NCBI GenBank assembly: GCA_964016885.1
Contig: OZ024743.1
Location: 64,790,001-64,854,000 of the forward strand
Length of the DNA stretch: 64,000 bases
Direction: 5' to 3'
From: Eledone cirrhosa
Taxonomy: Eukaryota
Shown piece after piece: positions 12,501 to 24,500 of this stretch (the first letter of the stretch is position 1; each line of letters opens with the position of its first letter). The notes under the pieces are model-generated. The model was not told the origin of the DNA and did not search any database. It worked only from the letters and a program-made list of their open reading frames with translations. Position numbers and translations under genes: made by a program.

Positions 12501-15500
12501 CTCACTTCCTCTCTATCACTCCCAATCCTTCTCTGGAAGAAATCAGCTGTATTCAGACCAGGCGAGGTTTAAAATACCAGGGAAATGCTGTATACGGCAC
12601 CCCTACAACTCCAACATGAGTTACAGGACTATCACTTCACTATGTTATCATCATTATTATTAGGGGCGGTGGATTGGCAGTATCGGTAGTGGGTTGGACG
12701 CCATGCTTTCCAGCATAGAGTTACGACCATTGCCATTCTGAGTTCAAATCCTGTCGAGGTTAACTTTGCCTTTCATCCTTACGGGGTTGATAAAATAAAG
12801 TACCAGTAATGCACTGGGATAATTGTTGGCCTTGTGCCAAAAGTAGAAACAATTATTATTAGGCAGTAAATTGGCAGAGTTGTAATGACGTCAGATAGAA
12901 TGCTTTGTGGTATTCATTCCAGCACTCTGCTCTCTCATAATGCAATTCTAGGTCTAATTCTCCGTTATACCCTGCCAATACATTAACACCTCAATAACAA
13001 GAGAAACAATCTCACACATCACAACCACCACCCTAAGTACAGACAAAGGTTTTTAACTGTTGTGTACCCCCCCCCCCCTCACACACACACACACACTCCC
13101 ATCAACACACCAAGCACTCTAATTGTCTGAGATAGTGCTGGTGTCACAATAAAAATCACTCTGTAACCCCAGCACCAACCCCGTAAGGTGGTAATGCTGG
13201 TGCCACCACAAAAAAGCACCATCCACATTGTAAGGTGGTTGTGCTGGTACCAATGAAAAAACTCCCTATAGGGTGGTTGGCATTAAGAACTCATGCGAGC
13301 GTGGAAAATAGACGTTAAACGGTGATGATGATGAAGGACATCATCCATCCATTGAAAACCAAGCCATAAACAGATCAGATGAGCAAGACATGGTCACCTG
13401 TCCTGCCAAGCCTCATAATGTAACAGCCCGTCTAACACATGTAAGTGTAGAAATTAAACAGTGATGATGATGATGATGGTGGTGATGATGATGATGACAT
13501 TAAACAGTGATGATGGTGATGATGATGATGATGATGGTGATGATGACAAGTTATACTTTACCTCGGGGTCCCAGATAATATCTTCTTCCCAGTTTTCGTA
13601 AACCAGAGCCTCATTCTCAACAGGAAAGATAGAACGCCAATTTGATTCCTTGGAATCACCAATATCTAAATAATTGAGAAAAAATATTTTTTTATTTAAA
13701 AATAAAACAATACAAATCATCTTTAAATTGATGAAATAAGATAAGTTTGTGTGGATGAAGAAAGGTAAGTAGTAATGATTAACTGTAAGGCCCTTCCGGA
13801 AGAGGATCTTTCCCCTGAAAGATGAGAATTCACTTGCTCTCATGGCAGAAAATATTGATTTCTAATTTAAAGGCCAACAAGGTTGGGAGATAGGCACAGT
13901 TGGGGGATGGGCAAAGTTGGAGGAAGGGCAAAGTTGAGGGAAGGGCAAAGTTGGAGGAAGGGCAAAGTTGAGGGAAGGGCAAATTTGCCTTTCCCCCAAA
14001 TTTATACACAACAGACACATAAAAACATGTACATAACACACACATATACACTACAGACACATACAAACATGTACACATACACACATATAAAAATATGTAC
14101 ACAACACACACACATATACAACATCTACACAACACACACACACACATGTATGCTACACACACACACACACGTACACAAACATGCATACAGAAAGGAAATA
14201 TACAAAAAGCCTTTTTAAAACAAACCCCCAAAACTCACCAGTTTGAAACTGAGGTCCGACTTTAGATCCCAACCCTTGCACTGAAGCATTCTTACCAGGA
14301 ATTATAAAGGATTTATTTCCAAATCTGTCTGAAAGGAGTGGAAAACAAAGATATAGATAGATTAAAATCATCAAATAAAAGGAGGATAAAATAAAATAAA
14401 CAGAGTATTTAACCAGTTTAACACTTTATCATTTACACTACTCTATATATATTTCATTTTCACAGTATAGGCTTTATCTCACATAATTCATCATCATCAT
14501 CATTTTACGTCCGCTTTTCCCTGCTTGCAAGGGTGGGACAGGTCCTATTCAACACAGCATCTCTCCACTTGTCACGGTCCTTTGTCATCTCCTCCGTGAG
14601 CTTCAGCAATCTGAGGTCTGCTCTCACCACCCCCGCCCGTCTTTTTCGTGGTCTTCCTCTACTGCGTCTTCCTTCTACTGGCATTTCTTGGCACTTCTTT
14701 ACCCAGCGGTCATTCTCCATGCGCATCACATGTCCATACCATCGCAGTCTTCTCTCCCGCACACTACAACTTATCCCTCTTAAACACGGTTTCTCTCTAA
14801 ACTCATCTATGCTTGGTCGTTCACGCACATTGACATTGCACATCCAACGGAGCATGCTTGCTTCATTTCTCTCCAGCCGTCGCATATCCTCTGCAGCTGC
14901 TGCCCATGTCTCACTACCATTCAGCATCGCGCATCTCACATAGGCATCATATAACCAGCCCTTCGTACGCAGGGAGAACCCTTCTTTGTCAGCAGAGGAA
15001 GCAGCTCCCTAAAGTTCTTCCTACCTGTTCTTATTCTAGATACTATGGCCTCGGAACACCCATGCCCCCTCCCATGCTAATCTGATCACCTAGGTACCGG
15101 AAGCTAAGAACCACTTCTATAGAACCTAACTGCATTTGAAAAATGTCTCTATCAATGCGACTTCTACTGTCAAATTATTTCACATAATATTGAATCTACG
15201 ATTTTGATGATATTATTTATTTATTTAGAACCCCCAGCAAGATGGTTGTGTAACATCCATGAGCTTGGCTGGTCTTGCTTGGAGATCCAGCTGGATCAGT
15301 TTGAGATGGTTGCTTCTGACAGGACCTGCTGGAAGGAGTACTTGAGGATCTGCCCCAATGAACCTCCCAGGAATAAGTGGGCGAAGAAGACCAATACCTT
15401 AACGTCGGCATGAGTGGCCGGTTTGAGAGAATTCTGGCTGGTTTAAATGCTAAAGAGTTAAAGTCACAATGTTTTATTCAGAGTTCTCAGTCAGGGTTCA

Positions 15501-18500
15501 ACCTTAGAAAAGTTCTCTATGTCTATACATATTGTAAGAAGCAACTAAAAGACTTAGCACCAGGAAGGGCAGTCAACTGTTAACCCTTTCATGACAGCAT
15601 TTATAATGAAATACACTCTATTTTAATTCATGAAGAATCTTGAGGGATTCACTAAAATTATTAATTATTTCATTACTAATAAGTTAGGTGGAGGAAACTT
15701 CAGTGTACAAAACACATCTTAGTACAAAAAGATCAACATAAAAGCTAGCAACAGCAACAACAATAGCAACAATATCAGAAACAAGAATGACAAGACAACA
15801 ACAGCAACAATACCAACAATAATGACAAGACAACAACAGCAAAAATACCAATAATAATGACAACACCAACAATGATGATGACAAGAACAACAAAAGTATA
15901 TACTAAAGTACATACTCTGCTGTAAAAACTAAAGTACATACTCTGCTGTAAAAACTGTCCGGCACTTCGGAAATTTGCACTTGGAATCCATCCTGCAGAT
16001 GGTGCACGGAGCTTGTGTGACTGTAAGACCTTAGAACGTGCCTCCTCACCATTCCAGATCACTTCATCTTCCCAATGGACTTGTGTCACCATTTCAAATA
16101 TTTCATCAGGGAAAGCCATCAGGTTCCTTAGCTCCTTAATTCCATCAAATTTACTTCTGTCCTAAAATGGTCAAAGAGAGAAATGAAAAAGAGTTGTTTA
16201 TTTAATACATACATCTCATATATATATACAGAAACACACACACACACATACATACATATATATAACTGCCCAAAATTCTTAATTTGTTGAGGTGCTTAAC
16301 CCTTTAGCATTTACATTCCTCTATATTTACTATAACATTTTCATGGTAAAGGCTTTACCTCACATAATATCAAATCTATGAGATTTTGATATTTATGTTG
16401 AGAACAATACCTTAACATAAGTATGAGTGGCCAGTTATAGCTGGTTTGAACAGAAAGAGGTGAGAGAATTCTGGTTGGATACGGCTGGTTTAAATGCTAA
16501 AGGGTTAAACTATGATTAATACTTCCCACCTCTTTCTAGCGGATACGACGTTGAGTTATTTGTATATGCTGGGACAGTTAAAACATTCACTCATACCATG
16601 CGGCCTATAGTTTTAACTAACTCTCAGATCCCGACAGATATAAAGGTATTTCGTACTGTATTGTGACTTATCCAAAGAACATTCCTCTGACGATTAGTTT
16701 CACATCTTCCGTAGCTTTAGCAAAATCTAAACACAACCGATTTCTTCTAGAGAAGGAGAGAGAGAGAGAAATAGAAGAATCGACTTCCTTTACTGGACTG
16801 GTAATTTTTATATTGACCCTGAAAGGATGACAGGTAAGGTTGACCATGATGAGATTTGAATGCAAAGAGCTGGAACAAGTACCACAAAGCTTTCTATCCA
16901 ATAGGCATGGATACATTAAAGCTCTGACAACTGATTTGGTAGACACCCACAAGATTATTAACCATCTTTCCAACAACCTTGGGCACCTTTTTGAATTCCA
17001 TATGTCTAACATGGACATGCTTACAAAATCAGAAAACAGCACAGCTCCCATGACTTTCAGAAACATTTTTTCACACTCAGAGTTGCTGAAGCATGGAACA
17101 AACTACCTGCATCAGTTGTTAGCTGTCAGGACACTACATCCTTCAAAACTTCCATGCTTCTTGAAATTCGCCAACATTACACCTGATATTCCCCCTCCAC
17201 ACACACGCACACATGTGTGTGTGTGTGTCAATGTGTGTATCATGACTCATACACTGTTCACTTTGCTGACTTTTGTACATTATTCTATGTACTATACATG
17301 CAGCTTTGATGAGTTGTAGTGCACCCGAACATTGTACGCAATAATTTTCATAATCAACATTTTAACAACAGTGAAGAGATAATGTAATGGAAGTTCTTAC
17401 TCCTAACTTGAATCCGTAAGAAAAGTTTTCTCCAGTTTCATCAACAGATAACAAGTCGTACCAATACTGTGCCGGACCATACCGCCAGGGTGGGACCTCA
17501 AATCTGTGCTCAATATCAATGTTCTTGTCCTGTTTATTAGATGATGACCGGCTCTCTATTGGACGCACCATGTTGTCCTACAGCAAAAAAAAAGGAAAAA
17601 GAAGGCAAATATCTTAAATACATTACATGCACATCATCATCATTATTATTATTATCATCCATCACCTTATAACATATATTTTCCATACTTGTTTGAGTTT
17701 GATAGGTTGTCACATACTGAGGCCAGACTGATCAGGTGACTATGTCATGCTTGTACACTCCACTTTTGGCTTGGTATCTATGTCTAGCTGCTCTTCCTAA
17801 TGCCAACCACTTTACAGTGTGTAATGTGAGCATTTTATCATGACTCCAGCACTGCCACCTTACAGGGTAGACTGGGTGCTTTTTATCATGACTCCAGCAC
17901 TACCACCTTACAGGGTAGACTGGGTGCTTTTTATCATGACTCCAGCATTACCACCTTACAGGGTAGACTGGGTGCTTTTTATCATGACTCCAGCACTACC
18001 ACCTTACAGGGTAGACTGGGTGCTTTTTATCATGACTCCAGCACTACCACCTTACAGGGTAGACTGGGTGCTTTTTATCATGACTCCAGCACTACCACCT
18101 TACAGGGTAGACTGGGTGCTTTTTATCATGACTCCAGCACTACCACCTTACAGGGTAGACTGGGTGCTTTTTATCATGACTCCAGCACTACCACCTTACA
18201 GGGTAGACTGGGTGCTTTTTATCATGACTCCAGCACTACCACCTTACAGGGTAGACTGGGTGCTTTTTATCATGACTCCAGCACTACCACCTTACAGGGT
18301 AGACTGGGTGCTTTTTATCTTGGCACCAGCACTACCATCTTACAGGGTAGACTGGGTGCTTTTTATCATGACTCCAGCACTACCACCTTACAGGGTAGAC
18401 TGGGTGCTTTTTATCATGACTCCAGCACTACCACCTTACAGGGTAGACTGGGTGCTTTTTATCTTGGCACCAGCACTACCACCTTACAGGGTAGACTGGG

Positions 18501-21500
18501 TGCTTTTTATCATGACTCCAGCACTACCACCTTACAGGGTAGACTGGGTGCTTTTTATCTTGGCACCAGCACTACCACCTTACAGGGTAGACTGGGTGCT
18601 TTTTATCATGACTCCAGCACTACCACCTTACAGGGTAGACTGGGTGCTTTTTATCATGACTCCAGCACTACCACCTTACAGGGTAGACTGGGTGCTTTTT
18701 ATCTTGGCACCAGCACTACCACCTTACAGGGTAGACTGGGTGCTTTTTATCATGACTCCAGCACTACCACCTTACAGGGTAGACTGGGTGCTTTTTATCA
18801 TGACTCCAGCACTACCACCTTACAGGGTAGACTGGGTGCTTTTTATCATGACTCCAGCACTGCCACCTTACAGGGTAGACTGGGTGCTTTTTATCATGAC
18901 TCCAGCACTGCCACCTTACAGGGTAGACTGGGTGCTTTTTATCATGACTCCAGCACTACCACCTTACAGGGTAGACTGGGTGCTTTTTATCATGACTCCA
19001 GCACTACCACCTTACAGGGTAGACTGGGTGCTTTTTATCTTGGCACCAGCACTACCACCTTACAGGGTAGACTGGGTGCTTTTTATCATGACTCCAGCAC
19101 TACCACCTTACAGGGTAGACTGGGTGCTTTTTATCATGACTCCAGCACTACCACCTTACAGGGTAGACTGGGTGCTTTTTATCTTGGCACCAGCACTACC
19201 ACCTTACAGGGTAGACTGGGTGCTTTTTATCTTGGCACCAGCACTACCACCTTACAGGGTAGACTGGGTGCTTTTTATCATGACTCCAGCACTACCACCT
19301 TACAGGGTAGACTGGGTGCTTTTTATCATGACTCCAGCACTACCACCTTACAGGGTAGACTGGGTGCTTTTTATCATGACTCCAGCACTACCACCTTACA
19401 GGGTAGACTGGGTGCTTTTTATCATGACTCCAGCACTGCCACCTTACAGGGTAGACTGGGTGCTTTTTATCATGACTCCAGCACTGCCACCTTACAGGGT
19501 AGACTGGGTGCTTTTTATCATGACTCCAGCACTACCACCTTACAGGGTAGACTGGGTGCTTTTTATCATGACTCCAGCACTACCACCTTACAGGGTAGAC
19601 TGGGTGCTTTTTATCTTGGCACCAGCACTACCACCTTACAGGGTAGACTGGGTGCTTTTTATCATGACTCCAGCACTACCACCTTACAGGGTAGACTGGG
19701 TGCTTTTTATCTTAGCACCAGCACTACCACCTTACAGGGTAGACTGGGTGCTTTTTATCATGACTCCAGCACTACCACCTTACAGGGTAGACTGGGTGCT
19801 TTTTATCATGACTCCAGCACTGCCACCTTACAGGGTAGACTGGGTGCTTTTTATCATGACTCCAGCACTGCCACCTTACAGGGTAGACTGGGTGCTTTTT
19901 ATCATGACTCCAGCACTACCACCTTACAGGGTAGACTGGGTGCTTTTTATCATGACTCCAGCACTACCACCTTACAGGGTAGACTGGGTGCTTTTTATCT
20001 TGGCACCAGCACTACCACCTTACAGGGTAGACTGGGTGCTTTTTATCATGACTCCAGCACTGCCACCTTACAGGGTAGACTGGGTGCTTTTTATCATGAC
20101 TCCAGCACTGCCACCTTACAGGGTAGACTGGGTGCTTTTTATCATGACTCCAGCACTGCCACCTTACAGGGTAGACTGGGTGCTTTTTATCATGACTCCA
20201 GCACTGCCACCTTACAGGGTAGACTGGGTGCTTTTTATCTTGGCACCAGCACTACCACCTTACAGGGTAGACTGGGTGCTTTTTATCATGACTCCAGCAC
20301 TGCCACCTTACAGGGTAGACTGGGTGCTTTTTATCATGACTCCAGCACTGCCACCTTACAGGGTAGACTGGGTGCTTTTTATCATGACTCCAGCACTGCC
20401 ACCTTACAGGGTAGACTGGGTGCTTTTTATCATGACTCCAGCACTGCCACCTTACAGGGTAGACTGGGTGCTTTTTATCATGACTCCAGCACTGCCACCT
20501 TACAGGGTAGACTGGGTGCTTTTTATCTTGGCACCAGCACTACCACCTTACAGGGTAGACTGGGTGCTTTTTATCATGACTCCAGCACTACCACCTTACA
20601 GGGTAGACTGGGTGCTTTTTATCATGACTCCAGCACTACCACCTTACAGGGTAGACTGGGTGCTTTTTATCTTGGCACCAGCACTACCACCTTACAGGGT
20701 AGACTGGGTGCTTTTTATCATGACTCCAGCACTACCACCTTACAGGGTAGACTGGGTGCTTTTTATCATGACTCCAGCACTACCACCTTACAGGGTAGAC
20801 TGGGTGCTTTTTATCATGACTCCAGCACTACCACCTTACAGGGTAGACTGGGTGCTTTTTATCATGACTCCAGCACTACCACCTTACAGGGTAGACTGGG
20901 TGCTTTTTATCTTGGCACCAGCACTACCACCTTACAGGGTAGACTGGGTGCTTTTTATCATGACTCCAGCACTGCCACCTTACAGGGTAGACTGGGTGCT
21001 TTTTATCATGACTCCAGCACTACCACCTTACAGGGTAGACTGGGTGCTTTTTATCATGACTCCAGCACTACCACCTTACAGGGTAGACTGGGTGCTTTTT
21101 ATCATGACTCCAAGGTACAGTTGTAGAACCCAAGAGAGGATTATAAAATAAAGGGACAGTTGTAGAAGGCCAAAAGATTAAAAAAGAAAGATACAGTAGT
21201 AGAAAACGAAAATGAACAAATGAAGAAAACAAAAGGAAGACAGAAGGAAAGCAAGAAATCAAAAGAGTGAAGTGACTTCTTACATCATCATCTGTTAAAC
21301 ATTCATCAACTGCAGGAGTTCGACCAAAGTTAAAATCGATCTGCACTTCATCACTTTCTTCATCTGAAGACATCTTCAGCTTCTTAACAACGCTTTCTTT
21401 TTCTTCTTCGGAACTTTTCTTTTTCCGTTTCTTGCGCCAAACATGTGTCGTGTGCACTGGACGAAAGAGTCGAGAAAACCGCAGCACCTGCAATAATATA

Positions 21501-24500
21501 CAATTATAAATATATCATCGTCATCATAACCATTTTACATCTTGTTTCCACACTATATCATCATCATCACCATTATCACCGTTTAATGTCCATTTTCTAC
21601 TCTAGTATGGGTTAGACAAGCTGTCCCGTTATGAAACAAGCCAGGTCAGATGACCATGTCTTGCTCATGCAGAACTGATTTTGGCTTGGTTACTGCAGCT
21701 GGATGCCCTTCCTGCCATAAAAACCGGGCCAAAATCTTTTTATATCATATAAAATTTGTCAGTAATATACTTTTTTTTGCTCAAGCCCTCTATCTTTAGG
21801 TTGCTTAACAAATACTCTACACCTAGGGTGAGATGCTTGTGAAGTTTCTTTATTTTAAAGTACTTTACTGGGATCTTCCTTTTGGTTAGCCTGCGCTTTA
21901 TTTAATTTATATATATATATATATAGATAGTCCTATATGACGAGACACGGTCACCCGACCAACCTTGCCTCAAGTGGGACAATTCCCATCTAACCCATGC
22001 TAGCGTGGAAGATGGACGTTAAACGAAGATGATGATGATGATGATATATATATATGTGCTTGAGTGTGATTTTGTATTACAAAATAGTGAGCCCTCAATA
22101 TGTAAACATAAAGATCATCATCATCACCGTTTAACATCTATTTTCCACACTAGCCTGGGTTAGACAGGTGGTATTTGAAATACAGTAAAAAACTGTTAGT
22201 TTCATAGATATTATTGGTAAAAGCACATATTCTCCAATGTCAGAAATTATATGTGTGTCTTGTTATACCTAATCATCAGGCATGATTAGATATACCCTGT
22301 ATGTGTGAGCATCATCATCATTAGATAGGTTGTTAAAAGACTAGGTAGGTACTCAAGCAGAGTTACTGACCCTCCAGATTGACTGGGGCCTGCATCTCGT
22401 TTACATAAGTTCCTGCACTCTACCAAGTGTTCAGACCACAAATTACTTACATACAATCCTATACTCTACTGAGAGACTGCCATGTCTCTGACACAGATAG
22501 ACAGTCCTCCTGACCCTTTGTTTCACAAGTTTATTACAGTTGGATGCCCTTCCTGTCACCAACCACTTTACAGAGTGTACAGGCTGGGTTTATGTGTACT
22601 GGGGTCATGTGTGTAAAACAACTAAAACATTTAATAAATTAAAACACAAATAGAATTGCAGGAGTTGGTGCAGTAATGTGCCAGCTTCAGTATTCAGTAA
22701 CCAGAAGGGTGGTGGGCATAAAAGCCAAACTCCTTATCTTCAATTCGGTATTCATGCCAACCTTTACCTATGGTCATGAATCTTGGGTAATGATGGAAAG
22801 AATACGATCACAAATACAAGCGGCCGAAATGGGTTTCCTCCGAAGGGTCTTTGTTTGGAGTAACATTATTCGATAGAGTGCATAGCTTGGAGATCAGAAA
22901 ATCACTCCAGGTAGAGCCACTACTTCTCCAAATTGAGATCACAGCTATGATACTATTGGCATGTGATTAGAATGAATCAGAAAAAATCTCTTGACAGATT
23001 TTACGGCCAAAATCAACCGGCAGGAGACCCAGGAGAAGACCCCAAGCAAGACAGTTGGTTAACATCCATGAGCTTGTCTGGTCTCACTTGAGGATCCAGC
23101 TAGATCAGTTGCAGATGGTTGCTTCTGACAGGACCTGCTGGAAGGAGTGTTTGAGGACTCTACCCTTACAACAGTCTCAGGAATAAGTGAGTGAAGAAGA
23201 GGAAGAAGAAAAACAAATAAAAAAATATACATGTAATGTACCTTTCCTGGTCTGAACTTAGGAAACAACTGTGTCACATCAACACTTTCCAGTTCCTTTG
23301 GCAACATAGAAGCAAGAGGGGTGTTCAGCTTCTTTTTCGGTTCATTCTCTTCACTGCTGGCATTAGATGTTGTCTGAGGAGGTGGTGGTGGTTTTGTTTC
23401 AGGAGGTTTAGCTGGAGCTTTAGTTTCTGATGTCGGCTCAGTACTGCTATCTGTTTGAGATTTGTTTGCAAGACTGTCGGCTGACATATCGGACTCTTCA
23501 AATTTTGGTCTCTCCATTTGAGACTCAGATCCTTCCAGTTCCCCTCCAGGACCAGCACTAGCTGGTATCCATGATGGAGGTGGCATTAATCTCCTGTCTT
23601 TTGGAACTCCATTAGAATCTTTAAAAGAAAATGACCAATTAACCAATTGATTTCTAATTTAGACACAAGGCTAGCAACGCAAAGTTGATTTAATCAACCC
23701 CAGTACTTGACTGGTACTCGTAACTTGGGAGAGGACAAAGTTGATTCAATCAACCCCAGTAGTTGACTGGTACTAGCAACTGAGGGGAGTGGAAAGTTGA
23801 TTCAATCAACCCCTGTACTTGATTTGTACTCGTAACTGGGGGGAGGGCAAAGTTGATTCAATCAACCCCTGTTTTACCAAAAGTAGAAACAATTTTTCAG
23901 TAATAATTGTTTCTACTTTTGGCACAAGGCCAGCAATTACCCAATACATTACTGGTACTTTATTTTATCGAACCCGTAAGGATGAAAGGCAAAGTTAACC
24001 TCGACAGGATTTGAACTCAGACCATAAAGGGACGTAACTATGCTAGAAAGCATGGCGCCCAACTCTCTACCGATGCTGCCAATTCACTGCCCTGTTTTTT
24101 TTTTTCAGTAATAATAAATGTTTACACCCTTCCCATCTAGGACTTGATTGACTTCTTGCAGAAAACATCGCAGGTGAGAGGGGTCAAACACTTGAATTAA
24201 CTAACAAAATGTTGATATTAGTAGAAACTTCAGTACTTACTAGTTTGAAGCTCATGTAAACCACCCATTGTCTCGTTTGTTTTTGGACTTTCTTCTTCTT
24301 CCTCTGCAACTTCACTGATGTCGGAAAAATCAACGGCATTTGCATCTTTCTTGTCGTAATCTTAAGGAGGAGAAAAGAAAGTTAGAAATATCTTATATTG
24401 GTACAAGACTAATGTCAATACATTGGTACAGGACTAATGTCAATAGATAGGTACTTGACAAACAACAATACATTGGTACAGTACTAATGTCAATACATAG

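Noticed and set aside
17840-21151. 1103-aa ORF as a protein-coding gene, or the array as CRISPR-like
   Set aside because: It is a pure 48-bp tandem repeat whose unit length is divisible by 3. A second frame is also open, there are no unique spacers, and it lies antisense within a TAF1 intron.
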